64,000 bases of DNA, taken from NCBI RefSeq assembly GCF_009914755.1, contig NC_060929.1; one strand, written 5' to 3'. Source of the stretch: the human T2T-CHM13v2.0 reference genome, Homo sapiens. Under the pieces are notes generated by a model. That model did not search any database. It was not told where the DNA came from and saw only the letters and a program-made list of their open reading frames with translations. The translations under genes were made by a program, and so were the position numbers. Positions 44,158-58,515 of this stretch are shown here, in pieces (within the stretch, counting starts at the first letter, position 1; every line of letters starts with the position of its first letter).

Positions 44158-45461
44158 TGCAGAAGGAAACATTTAAAAAGATATTCATAGTAGTATTTTT
44201 TTATTGTGAAAAATGAAAAATAATCTAAATGTCTATTAGTGAAAGAATGAATACGCAAATTGCTGTACATTTATGCAATAGAATCAATTATGCAATAGAA
44301 TTTTGACAGTAGTTAAAAATGAATAAATTAGTCCTAATATGTTTGAACAAGGGAAGATCTCAAACTCAATGTTGAATGAAAACAGCAAGTTGGATAATAC
44401 ATGGAGACTGATAGCATTTATGTTCCTTAAAAATATAAAACAATGATATATAATATTTATGGAAATACCGGATACAGTAAATGTATAAGCATGTACTAAA
44501 TACATTATGAGTTCATGAGGGCGGTTACACTCTGGAAAAGGAGGAATTGAAAAGAATATAGGGATTTCTGTTTTATCTCTAAAGCTTTACTCTTTTTAAA
44601 AGAGGAAGGGAGGAAGGGCAAGAAGTGATCTGAAGCAATAGTTTTCAAAGTTTTTATTCAATTTGAGTGGTAGGCACATAAAGGACTTCTTGAAGTGGCC
44701 TTTATTATATTCCAGACTTTTAAAGCTATCCAAAATATTACACTTTAAAAGATCCCTTTCTTAATTAAGAACACAGTGCTTCTAAACAACTGAGTGATCA
44801 CAGGGAATTCTGTCCTATTTTCCAGGACTAAATCAAACTTATCATTTAAGTACAGGATTTATTTGGAGGCATTTCTCAGAGTTTAACTGCAAAAAAATCA
44901 GACATATCTCATTAATGCCCATATATAAAAGTATGTTCAGAATGTTGTTATCTGCCCTATAGTTTTTTACCCTGCAATTTTTACTCCTTAGACCTCTTTT
45001 TCTTCTTAGTACTATCATAAACCCGTCAAATCTTAGAAGAAACAAAACACAGTTCTTCTTATAAATGCAGACGCCTTAACATTAAATGAGAGCCCTTTAA
45101 AGAATAAGTATATAATGACATCCCATGCCACTGTACCCCCATATCATAAATGGAACACAATATGACAAACTTCCACAATCTATAAAGATAACCCCATTGA
45201 CAACTAATCAAAATATTTCCAGCATATTAGTCACCATTACCATATTAATATTTAAATGGAAGACAGAAAAATATTCAAAATAATGTCTCACCTAATCAAT
45301 ATTTAGCTGTATACAAAATTATTGTTCACAACACTCTAGTTCCACTGTTGTTCTTGTATGTCTTCAAAACACACTCACTTCTTTCCTACCTCAGAACCTT
45401 TTCCTATGCAGGGCCCCTTACCGAGTAGACTTCTTACAAGAACTCTATTCCTGCAACTCTT

Positions 45462-45782
45462 TTTTTTTAAATTATACTTTCAGTTCTAGGGTACATGTGC
45501 ACAGTGTGCAGGTTTGTTACATATGTATACATGTGCCATGTTGGTTTGCTGCACCCATTAACTCGCCGTTTACATTAGGTATTTCTACTAATGCCATCCC
45601 TCCCCCATCCCCCCACCTCATGACAGGTGTGTGATGTTCCCCTTCCTGTGTCCAAGTGTTCTCATTGTTCAATTCCCACCTATGAGTGAGAACTGCAGTG
45701 TTTGGTTTTCTGTCCTTGTGATAGTTTGCTCAGAATGATGGTTTCCAACTTCATCCATGTCCCTACAAAGGACATGAACTCA
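45462..45782 (-). mobile_element. 5'-truncated L1PA (3' UTR), sense to FBN2
   Basis: 'ttctagggtacatgtgcacagtgtgcaggtttgttac...ggacatgaactca'. TSD tgcaactctt at 45452-45461 and 45783-45792. Confidence 0.9.
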
Positions 45783-45824
45783 TGCAACTCTTAGAATGGC
45801 TAGTTTCTTCTCATTCCTCAGGCC

Positions 45825-46243
45825 TGTACAAGTCATTAGTGCTGTTCCCAATATCCAATTTTCCTCTCTTTTCAGGCACATAGAAAAATGTACGTATCTG
45901 CCCCCTTTAAAATTAGGTATGGCCACAACATGTGACTTTTTATGGCCAATGATATGAAAACACAGAAGTGTCACTTCCAGGCCAAAGTGTTTAAGGACCA
46001 ATGTGCAAGTCACCATCTGGCTCTTTGCTTTGGTAGCCATGGAGGCATGTGTTGAGATAGAGCCTCCTTCATTCCAAGTCCCTTAGTAACTATGATGACC
46101 AAAGTTCCCCTGCCAACTTACACTGGACACTTAGTTATGTAAGATGAACTGAAATTAACCTTTGTTTATTAAGTAAAACAAGCCACAGAGATTTTTACGG
46201 TTGGTTGTTATGATAGCATAACCTAGGCCATACTGACTAATAC
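45825..46243 (+). mobile_element. MLT1-type MaLR LTR
   Basis: 'catgtgactttttatggccaatga...gtgtcacttccaggcc...aagccacagagatttt...ttgttatgatagcataacctaggccatactgactaataca'. Confidence 0.7.
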
Positions 46244-47295
46244 AAGGTCTCAGATTAAAGGGTCTCTCTTTAGAGTGAAATTTCTTACACAATCACTGGA
46301 AATACCTTTAAATCAGTATCTCAAAAACCTCTCTGTTTTCTTTGGGCACTTATCACAATACACATTTTTAAAATATATTTGTTTTAAATTTTCCCAAAAA
46401 GACCGTAAGTACATATAGAAAGGATTTTAAATGTGGTTATGGTGGTTTCTCTATTACCTAGCACAGTGACTAGCAGATGAGAGCTTCTTAGTAAATTTGA
46501 AGAATCAATGAATGTTTCACTTTATTTAATTTAAAATAATACATTAAGTACTTTATAAATTTTAATACACAAACATGCCTATGCAAAGAAAACCCAATGA
46601 TAAGAAAAAATTATCCAGCACAATAACTTCTTATAACAAATGTAAAATTTCCAAATTTGAGCATCCATATGACATATAAACTATATATTTCACCTTACAT
46701 CATAACCCCTTATGTCCCTAAATTTAGAGATCATTAAAGGAGATTTCTTGATTTATCACAAAAACCAATTTCAGATAAACTCAGATACACAGTTCATGTA
46801 AACAGAATGTAGACTTAAATTTAGCCAACACATAAAAAGTCATAGGAGTTATAAAAATGATATTTTATTGAAGTCATAAAGAACACATATACTAAGCTAG
46901 GGTCCTTACTTTCCTACTGGCAATTTAATAAATGTTTCAGTCATATTTATGACTATTTCATTTTCCACGTATCTTTTGTTGCCAGGATAAAACCTTGGGA
47001 GTTCACGCTTCAATGAACCCAGACTCAAGAATCTATTACAAAAATGAATTTTAAGCTGGCATTCACTGAAACACTAAATCTTCTGGTCCAACTGCCAGGG
47101 TGTAAGGGACTAAGGCTTGCTGTGCTAGCAGTTTTTGTCAGCTGCCACCCTTTTGCCAGTGACTATATATCAACCATGAATTGTCCGTAAGTTTCAATCT
47201 ATCGTGTATCTTATGGTAGAGTTTAGCATGACTGGAGGTCTCAGCTTAATAAAATTTCAAGTTCTACCTTTTAGATAAGGCAAAATGCCAGTTCT

Positions 47296-48034
47296 TTTTT
47301 TTCTGTGCTTCTTTGATTTTATTTCTTTTTTTTAATTTTTTTATTATTATTGTACTTTAAGTTTTAGGGTACATGTGCACAATGTGCAGCTTAGTTACAT
47401 ATGCATACATGTGCCATGCTGGTGTGCTGTGCCCATTAACTCGTCATTTAGCATTAGGTTTATCTCCTAATGCTATCCCTCCCCCTTCCCCCCACCCCAC
47501 AACAGTCCCCAGAGTGTGATGTTCCCCTTCCTGTGTCAGTGTGTTCTCATTGTTAATTCCCATCTATGAGTGAGAACATGTGGTGTTTGATTTTTTGTCC
47601 TTGCGATAGTTTACTGAGAATGATGATTTCCAATTTCATCCATGTCCCTACAAAGGACATGAACTCATCCTTTTTTATGGCTGCATGGTATTCCATGGTG
47701 TATATGTGCCACATTTTCTTAATCCAGTCTATCATTGTTGGACATTTGGGTTGGTTCCAAGTCTTTGCTATTGTGAATAGTGCCACAATAAACAAACGTG
47801 CACGTGTGTCTTTATAGCAGCATGATTTATAGTCCTTTGGGTATATACCCAGTAATGGGATGGCTGGGTCAAATGGTATTTCTAGTTCTAGATCCCTGAG
47901 GAATCGCCGCACTGACTTCCACAATGGTTGAACTAGTTTACAGTCCCACCAACAGTGTAAAAGTGTTCCTATTTCTCCACATCCTCTCCAGCACCTGTTG
48001 TTTCCTGACTTTTTAATGATTGCCATTCTAACTG
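47296..48034 (-). mobile_element. 5'-truncated young L1PA (about L1PA3), sense to FBN2
   Basis: Intact ORF2 C-terminal reading frame (47553-48026: [27 protein letters not shown]) plus 3' UTR. TSD gccagttct at 47287-47295 and 48035-48043. Confidence 0.92.
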
Positions 48035-51000
48035 GCCAGTTCTAAGAAGCAAATTAAGACAAGTTTGTTAGAAATGAATATTTCTATGCAGTCATGCTAG
48101 ATCGAAGTCAATAATGGCAATTACACTTGTTACAAATTTAGTTTGGATTCCTAACCATTAAGAAGTATCTGACAGCCCACAAAATACTTTTGATCAAATT
48201 TTATTTGGAATTTTTGTCTTTATAGAAATTATTTAGCTGTTTCTTCTTATTTGAATTTGTTTTTCTCTTTTACATGCTTTTAGGCTGTTTTTCTCATATC
48301 TTTTCACTTAAACATTTTTCCTTCTAGTCTACTTAAGAATTTTTAATGTATTCAGGCTTTCTGGTAAATGTGTTTGTAAGTATGTCACGAATTCATGAAT
48401 GAGAAATGATAAAATGATTTTTTAAATGAAAGGAATTATGATTATTTGTAATAATAAAAACATTAGGAAACAATTAAAAGATACATGCATCAGGCCCTGT
48501 TCTAACCACTCTGTGAAAAATGATTCATTAACTCTGTACAGTGAAGTAGGTGTAATTATTATACTCAATTGACCCCTAAGGAAATAGAAGACCTCAGAGG
48601 TTAGATGCTATATCCAAAGCAACACAGCAACATAAAGAAAAAGGATGTGTGTTTGTGATTATTCACTTGTTATAATTTATAACCAGGAAGCCAATATTGT
48701 ATAGACTACAGATGAAGACTACAGATGTAGGAGCATACATCTACGGATGTACTATAGACTACAGTACAAAGACCACATATGTAGGAATGAGGCAGACCTG
48801 GGTTTAAATCTCAGTGCAATCATTTACTAGCTGCTTGACACTAATTCAGTGAAATCATTTCATGGAAAGAGCCTTAACATAGTAGGTGCTCATTAAAGGA
48901 AAGCTATCATATTACTTAGATATGAATTCAACAATTTCCCACTAATGATCAGCACTTTCCACACATTATACAACAAGCATGTATTATTCTTATAATCAGA
49001 AAAAACATAAATCATATAAAATGTAGTTTTATTGTTTTAACAATTTGAGATCAGAGCCATACCCAGATCAAGTATTAAAAAGAAAAACTATCCAATTTCG
49101 TATCAACTCTGTTTTAACAGATGTTAGCCATACTGATGGTGAGAGATGTCATGAGAACTTCCCCTGGTGTTTCTGCTGAAGACAAAACCAAGACTGTTGG
49201 CATAAATCATGGAAGCCACAGCAAGTGCAAAGCGAACCAAGATAATTGAATCATAAAAATAGCCAACCTGTTCCTCAAAATTCCACAGCTTATTCTCTTA
49301 AATGAAAACTGTAAAACAAGAGTTTACACCTCTATAATCGAAAAAGTTTTATGTACTGGGAAGTGAAAACATCAACTCTAATGCTCACATTGTAATATCA
49401 AGTATATATAGTAATGCATAAGTGATTACACAGGTTTATGTCCCCAAGGGACACATATTTTATTTCGAATTCTATCCATTTACCTCCAGTTAATACGATT
49501 TTTTAAAATTTAATTTTAGAACAAGGAAAACACTGAGCATCTAGCAAAGTGTTTGGCACATGGCACATGTTCAATAAATTCTTAATGATAAATGCCGAAA
49601 TCTAAAAAATAAATTCATCTCTTTTTTGTTCCTAATATTAGCAGTAACAAATACATGAACAATAAATAGTAAAATTTCTACTTTACTGATCAGTGGCTTG
49701 TATGAGAAACAAAGAGGTTACTCATCAATTTCTGAACCAGTAATGCAGAATTTTTGGAATGCATTTTTTCCTTCCAAGTACAGAGTGCTCTTGAGTTTGC
49801 TCTGATCTATTTCCATAATTGTTATTTGACCCAATGCTCAGAAAAGCCTTCATCATATGTAATTTTTCCAAATGTTTAACTTGTGAGGATAGCATCTTAA
49901 GTTCAGAGAAACATAATATGATGTGAACAGAGAAAACCTAATGTTACAGATTTTCAGGTAAGGAGACGAGAAAATTAATTTTCTAAAAAAGGAAAGGACT
50001 TCTTTTTCAAGTTACAATTAAGAAAGAACACACACAGTCTGTACTAGCTTTAAAACTGGCTTTTAAAAGCTTGAAAAACTTTTGAAAAGGACAGCAAGCC
50101 ATTTACTTTCAAAAGTATAATTAGGATTTTCTTCATCAGACAACTTTTCTGTAACGCAATAAGAGCTTTTTAGAACATTGTAAACTTTTCTCCAGGCAGT
50201 GATAGACCTTGTGATTCTGTAACTGATGGAGAACAAAGGCAGGTTACTGACAAAAACAGTGCTGGCATCCTTCCTTGCAGGGTCAGATGGTAACTGAGCT
50301 TAGGGAGTAATCACGTTTTGTCTACACAGGAAGTGGAGCAACAGAAGACTGCCAGGGCTAGCTTGTCATTCACACTACCACAACCCACTGTAAGCTTACG
50401 GCTTTGACACAATGCTGCCACTTAGTTGATAGAAAAGCTTCTCCTTACTCTTTAATAGAATTAACTTTATTTCTTCCATAGCTGCTCCAAAATCTGAAGA
50501 GGGTAATTTTCTCATGTTAAGCATAAAGAGGAAAAATGCAACAACAAAAACAAGTCAACAAAAAGTCTACCTTGATGAATAAAGGAAATATATCACCATA
50601 TTAAAATTGAATGGCCAATCTTTGGATCATGGGCATTTTTCTTCAACCAGAACCACAATTATTCAAATATTTATATTCGTTTGGGGCAATTAATGAAAGA
50701 CCTTTAAAAGAGGTACTTTTTTGAGCTATTCTCTCTTTTTCAAACTCCTTCTAATAAACAGCTTGACCATTTTGTGATTTTGATCTATGATCTATAAATT
50801 CTCTTTAATTATTATGCTATAATTTGAATATAGTTTCTCCTTTTGTAAAATCAGTTAAAGATATTGAGATTCATACCTAAATGAGGGTTAAGTTTTCCCT
50901 CCCTCTCACTTTGTCAAAGTTAGAAAGGCATTCCAGTGCCTTTCTGAGGGTGCTTGTGTGTCTTCATAATTTGCAGATTATTCTGCAATTATTCAGTGAA

Positions 51001-51283
51001 AATAGTATTAATATATGTTCAATCTATTTTCTTCTCTCAGAACTCTTCTTGCTCTTCCTTGAATATAGTTTTATTACTCACTATAACCCAAGATAATCCT
51101 CATTAAAAGAGGGTAAACACCCAGTCCCAAGAATCATTTTCTTTTTCACTGTCCAATAGCCTACTATTTCTAAAAGTCAGAAGGAAATGAGCCATGTAGG
51201 TAATAAATATGATTAAGGAGACCTCTGAATTAGAGCACACCTATTCTGCACAAAGAGGCAGCTACATAACTATCATGGAACTA

Positions 51284-51665
<382 letters not shown>

Positions 51666-51829
51666 GGGAAGAAAGAAATACCTATTGGCATATGGGGGAA
51701 ACTGGCAGATTAGATAAAACTTTATTTTGAATTAAAATTAAAGTGTAAAGCGTAAAAAAAAAATCAATGCTCAGTGCAAAACCATATAATGAAAAAGAAT
51801 ACAAAGACTAGCAATAAAAATAAATGTAC

Positions 51830-52920
51830 ATTAAACAAAAATTTCCTGGGCAAGTGCTACGAGGCTTTATCCATCTTAATTAGTAGAGATCTAGGGATAC
51901 AAAGGCAAATAAAACATGACCACTGGCCTTAATGAACTCACAGTCTGTTAAGGCAAGAACAGTGACAAATACAGAAATACTGAATGCTAGATGTACACAG
52001 TAAGTGTAATGAGGGATTCTGAGAGGGGGACTCACTCTCAATCCTCAGTTACAACCATGATGCACTCCAGTGGGAAATCCAGGCAGCGATGGCACCAAGT
52101 ACAAAGCTATGGGGTGAAAAGCGAAGGTGTATTTGGGAAAAAACAAAAAATCAGTTTACTGTGGCTGGAGTTGTGTATGTGTTAGGGATGGGGAGGCTGA
52201 AGACATTTTCAGTTATGAGAGAGAAAAGATAATAATAATGATGATAACAGCTAACAGTTATCGAGCACTCAGTGTTTCAGACACTGGGTAAGCACTTGAC
52301 ATATATCATGCCATCAAAACCTCACAACTCCCATAATGCATATTATCCTCACTTACAATCTAGGGTTCAGAAATATTAATGGGGTATAATCCTTCATAAA
52401 GGGCCTTCTATATCAAGTTAAGAAATGTGGGCTTTATTATATACTAACAGGAAATCCATGAAAATATTTTATGTTAGCACTTTCAAAAATTCTTTAACTG
52501 AGAAGAATGTAGGAAAAAATAAACTCTGAAGGCTGTGTGATACTGGAAGGATGACTGCTACATGGTCTAAGAAAGAAAAAAAGACCTCAACTAGGGCTAA
52601 ATTAGCATCATACTGAAGAGGAGGGTATGCATTAGTGTGACATTTCAGAGGTCGAATAACAAGATTTGGTGACAGATCTGTTATGGTGGAGGAGTGAGAA
52701 GTGTCAGGAATTACTGTGAGGTTTTTAGCTTGGATAACTGGGTAAATGCTAATGACCCTATCTGACATAAGGAATACAGAGAGAAAACCAGGGGATGACA
52801 GCAGGTTCAATGTAAGACATGTCATATGCAAGGTTTCTGCGAGACAGAGAGCTTTGTTTACGCAAGCAATAGCAAATATGGGTCTGTGACTCAGTTTAAG
52901 CTGGAGACACAGATATTTCA
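51830..52920 (-). mobile_element. L2 fragments with an embedded MIR (~52230-52365)
   Basis: 'ggccttaatgaactcacagtctg', 'gtggctggag', 'caagatttggtgacagat', 'gtttttagcttggataactggg'. MIR: 'ataacagctaacagttatcgagcac'. Confidence 0.6.
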
Positions 52921-52939
52921 GAGGAGAGGCAAGCCAAGA

Positions 52940-55910
52940 AGACTAGAGGTGATCAGCCCTACCCTGCATCCTATTTATAAAGCAGCAGTGTCACTCCAAG
53001 ATAGACCGTTGTCTCCGCCTTCAGTCCAGAGGAGTGGCTCAGAGATTTTACCCAAAGAGAAAGGCAGGCCCATAAGAAGAAAGACCTCTGAAACTCTTTC
53101 CAAAGGAACTGACTTTATTTAAAATAGATAAAGTAGGGAAGTTCAAATCTGAAAGTGCTTTGGAAATGGAGATTTTGATGGTAGGCAATTAAAAGGAGGC
53201 TGGTAGCTTTATGAGGGCATTCAGCTAAGCCATGGCCAGTTAGTTTAGAGAAAGAGACAGCTAAGAAGTCTTTTTGGAGTCAGAGGCTCAAAGGCTGGCC
53301 CCAAAAATTTATCCTGCAAAGGGTCCTGGATTTAACTGGATCAGACTATGGAGCAATTTATACCCCAGGGCATTGTAAAAAAACAATTAAGAAATCAGTC
53401 AGAAATTAGTGAGGCCTAACAGATGGGTGTGATACTAACAGAAGCCAACAGCTTAACAGATCAGGGACAAGAACAGTAAAAGAGAGCACTGTTAAAACCA
53501 CTGTCATCCCAGGTTAACTGGGCACATGTTCAAGACTGTGCCTCTGGGGGGCAGCATGAAAGGCTTTCCACTGCAGAAGAAACAGACTTCACTAAGATCG
53601 TCCAGCCAAGGCACTAAACAAAATAATTAAACAATAGTATCAAGACCCTGGGGTGTGGGCAGTATCAAAAGGTGCTGCAGTATCTTATTTTAATGTAGAG
53701 TTTTCAACAAAAAAACTATGATATGTGAAGAAACAGAAAGTGTGTCCATAGTACACAGGAAAAAAAGCAAGCAACAGAAATGTCCTTAGAGAGAACTCAG
53801 GACCAGCCTTAACAGACAAATACCTCAAAGCAGTCATTATGAGTATGTCCCAAAACCTAAAGGAAGCCATGCTGAAAAAACAAGGTTTACTGACAATGTC
53901 TCGTCAAAGTGAGAATATCATCAATGAGAAGACAAACTATAAAAAGAACCAAGTAGAAATTCTGGAGATAGAAAGTACAATAATTGAAATAAAAAATTCC
54001 CTGGAGATAATCAAGAGTAGATTGGAACTCGCAAAAGAAAGGATCAGTGAACTTTCTGGTGATAGATCTATAGAGAGTATACAATTTGAAAAGCAGAGGA
54101 AAAAAATAAAAAAGAATGAAGAAATGTGAACAAAGCTTCAGGGAAATGTGGGACACCATTAAGCACACCAAAAATACGCAATAAAGGAAATACCAGAGGA
54201 AGAGGAGGAAAAGAACAGTAAAAGATATTCAGAGAAACAGCAGAAAACTTCCAAACTTGATGAAACACTATTAATTTATACCTCCAAGAAGTTAAACAAA
54301 GTTTAAGTAGTAAAAATGCAAAGATATCCAAATGTAGACATATCACAGTAAAAACATTAAAGACAAAAAGACAACTGTCAACAGCTGACTTTTTATCATA
54401 ACAATTAAGGATAAAAAGGCTTAAGACTCTGGAAAAAGTGCTAACTTGACCTAATGCAATCAGAAAGAAGCAAATAATAATGATCAGAGAAGGTACTAAT
54501 AAAATAGAAAATAGAAAAGTAAGAGAAAAATCAACAAAATCAAAAGGTGGTTCTCTGGCAGATAAAGTTGGCAAACCTTTAGCTAGACTGACCCCACCTC
54601 TATAAAAAAGAGAAGACTCAAATTATTTATACTAACATCAACAATGAAAGAGGGAGCATTATTACTGACTTTACAGAAATAAAGAGGATAATGAAGTAAT
54701 ACTCTGAACATGAAGTGAACAAGTTTACCAACAAATCAGACATATGAAATGGACAAGTTTCTAGAAAGACAGAAATTACCAACAGTGACTCTAGAGTAAT
54801 TAGAAAATTGGATTTTCCAATTAATGAGTAATTATTTTCTAATTACTAATTTATAGTAGGTAAAGGGATTCACTTAGGGATAGAGAAACTATCCACAAAG
54901 AAAGGCCCAGGCCCAGATGGCTTTACTGGTAAATTCTACCAAACATTTAAATAACAATACCAATTTTTCACAAACTTTTCCAAAATAATAAGAGGAAAGA
55001 ACACTTCTCCAGTCACTCTATGAGGTCACAATTACACTGATACCAAAATCATACAAAGATATCAAAAGAAAAGAAAACTACAGACAATATTCTATGTAAA
55101 TATAAAAGCAAAAATCTTCAACAAAATACTAGCAAACCAAATCCAACAATATATAAAAAAGATTATATACCACGACCCAGTGGGATTAATCCAAGGAATT
55201 TGAGGATATGTAAATCAATCATTGTAATACACCATATCAACAGAATAAAGGACAAAAACCATATGAGCATCTCAATATACACAGAAAAGAACAAGTTTCA
55301 TAATAAAAACACTAAAAAACTAGGAGTAGAAGGGAACTTCCTCAGCATAATAAAGGGCCTCTACAAAAAACTCATAGATAATATCATATTTAATGGTGAA
55401 ATACTTGTTACGTTCCGCGTAAGATCAGACTAGGACAAGGAAATCTGATCTTGCCACTTCTATTCAACATTTGTACCAGAGGTTCCAGCCAGAATCAGAC
55501 AAGAAAAGAAAAGAAAAAGCATCCATGTTGGAATGAGAGAAGTAAAACCATCTCTATTTGTAGATGGCAACACTCACGCATTTCATGTATATTATAAAAT
55601 ATACATTATGAAAAAATATATTTAATATATAATACATGTAAAATCCTAAATTATCCATTGAAGACTATTAGAATTAACAAGTTCTGCAAGGTTGCAAGAT
55701 ACAACATCAATACACAAAACTCAACTGCATTACTGTACACTGGAAATAAATGTTTCAAAAATAAAACTGAAACAACTCTATTACAATAGCACTAAAAAGA
55801 ATAAAATAGAAATAAATTTGACAAAAGAAGTACGAAACTATACTCTGAAATGTATAAAACATTGTTGAAATAAATGTTTAAAAATATAAATGAAAAGATA
55901 TTCCATGAAA
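52940..55910 (+). mobile_element. Old L1M element (5' UTR / ORF1 / deleted ORF2), antisense to FBN2
   Basis: ORF1-like remnant at 53839-54129 (KKNQVEILEIESTIIEIKNSLE...RISEL). ORF2 remnants 'ccaggcccagatggctttactggtaaattctacc' and IHHINRIKDKNHMSISI. Confidence 0.8.
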
Positions 55911-58217
55911 GAAAGAAATAGAAAAAGAACAAATTGAACAATGATTTAAGACTGAAGGATATCCTTTCCTAAGTGTCTTCAACAGATGGGAGTGAGGTAC
56001 AGAAATAGGTTCCTTGTTTTGAGTTATAATGAAGGGCAGCCTGATGACATGTCAACACCTGGAATACCAAACACCAGACTTAGGAAAACTTAACAATGAC
56101 ACATGTGGATGTACCATGGATGAGTACACACCAGAAATCCTAGATCCTCAGAGATTTGTGGATTACACTTTCTTGGGCCACTTTGAACTATGAGCTGAAT
56201 TTCTAGGATCTGGTTTGATAATCATCACAAATCTAATCCCAAATGGATGAGGAACAAAATAGTGGGGGCAACAAGTCCACTTCAAACTTGTACAAAGTGG
56301 TTAAGTAATTTTAGGGATTTGCTTTGTTGTCATCGTAACACTCAAGAAAGTGGCCTGAACCATCCAGAACCAGCACGTAAAAGGAAAGGCATACTGCAGT
56401 CTCCAGGCACAGGTAATTCAAAGTATAGTCGATCTAGATTTCTATGTTTTATCATGACAAATTTCTGGCAATAAAGTGTTTTTAAAAGGGGGTGTTTTTT
56501 CTAGTTCACAGTGATGTCTCTGAGCTAGTGGAAGAGGTGGAGCCATATTTCAATATTCCTGGTAATGTGATAGTTAAAATAATTAACACAAAATCTCCAA
56601 ACAGTTTTAACTGAATGATTAGGAGAGTTTGTTTCATAATTCTAGTTAAGTAACAGAAAAAAATTATTAGCCATTTGTATCATGCAATGTACCAAATTCT
56701 TTATATATGCCAGAACATACTTAGTGAAATAACTCCCAATTTAGAACCCCTCATGCCTCAACCAATTTATCCCTTTCTGACACCCACCTGAAACTAGGAA
56801 AAGGAAAAGCAAAAGCAAAAGGAAGCCCAACCCCTCTGTCCTGAGGAGGACTGTGAGACATCAGAGGGAGGCAGGAGAGAGGCATGGCAGAGCCCAGAGT
56901 TGGACCAGTGTGTCAGACACATTACTGGGAATGCAGAGGGCAGAGCACATTTGCTTCCTTTGGGGACTCCAGAAAGAGATGACCATTCAAACCCAAACCA
57001 TTCTGAAGGTTGACACCATCAAAGTGATTCTTGCATGGCCCCACAGGGACCTGGAAGTTACTGAAGAGTCTGGCTAGGGCTTATGCAAAATCTCATATAT
57101 TTTCTTGTTCATACATAACAGCCAATGGAAGCAAAAATCTCCAACATCTCACCAGTCACGGGATAATTAATGAATATAGCACTTTCCACTGGGATTTCCC
57201 AAAGTACCTTCCTCACTCCTCCAACTCCTTCTCCATTATCTGCTCAGCTGTTCTTTGATCTTGTCTAGTTCAGCTCTAGGTTTTTATCCTCAAGTGCTCT
57301 GTGCCTGAAAAAATGGACCTTGGTATTCCCTAGCACCAACCAAGCCCTCAAACTGTCTTTTTATCAAACGACTCTTCAGACACCACCTCCTTCACAAATT
57401 ATTTATATTTTTACAAGAGAGAGCTCAAGTTCCTCTGGCTTCACTCAAATGCAGGGAAATAAACTATACTTATTTATAGCTTTGTAGAGTCATAAACAAT
57501 AGAAAATACATAACTGTGAAATAAGAAATGAATACTTATGAATGTCAGTAATTATTCTAAAAAGAGAAGTATTATATAAGTAGTACTTAAAAAGTGTGCA
57601 GGGTTACATTCCTTTATATATTTCACTATGATCTCTACAATCTTACTATAATCTACAAATCTATAATGTAATAACTGATTAAGATACAGATTTAGTTTTA
57701 GCAAGATTTGTCATTAATTTCCTTCAAACGAGTAGGATTTTCCTTTTTAAAAAACTAGATAAAGCTTCCCATTCATTTACAAGTCATTCTACATATTATT
57801 TTTAAAGTTTATTTGGGTTATTTCTTAGTTTACCACATAGTAACCAAGCCAAGATTCGAAGCTATTATAAACATTCTTGGCTCAATTTTGCCCCCTGCAG
57901 GGAGTATGTACTTCTTACATTGGGATTTAAAAGTATGAGAGATGGAGAAAACCTTAACATAAAGTTGACTATTCCAAATCCAGCGTTGCCTCATCAGAGA
58001 GAGGCAAAATCTATTCTGGTAACAGAATTTTAAGACATTATAAATCTTTCAAAATAATCTAGTAGTAAATTATACCCAGAGTGGCTTCATTTTAGGCACT
58101 ATTCAATGTGAAAATTGAATTATTGGATAAAATATTAGAGATATTTTAATAAATGATTTCTTAAGCCTAGCTAATTATAAAAATGCCCTGGGGTACTTTG
58201 TAAGGGCCTCATGCTAT

Positions 58218-58515
58218 ACCAATGTTTCACAAACTTCACCTTATAGCACAATTACTTCGCGGGCTTTAAAAAATGCTAATGTTTGGCCATGGGTCCTATG
58301 GCTCCAGAGATTCTTATGTAATTGATAGGGGATGAAGCCTGAGTGCCGAGATTTTTAAAAACTCCCTGGTGATGATAATAAGCAACAATGGTTGCAAATC
58401 ACTGTATTCAGAGTACTGAATTTGAATCTCCAAGGAACAGATGTGGGAATCAATATTGTTGACAAAAATACTCTGGTGATTCTTATGACCAAGCAAGATG
58501 AGTAAACACTGATCT
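58218..58515. mobile_element. MER5-like MITE fragments
   Basis: 'ccaatgtttcacaaactt', 'atttttaaaaactccctggtgat', 'actctggtgattcttatg...taaacactgatctag'. Confidence 0.55.
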
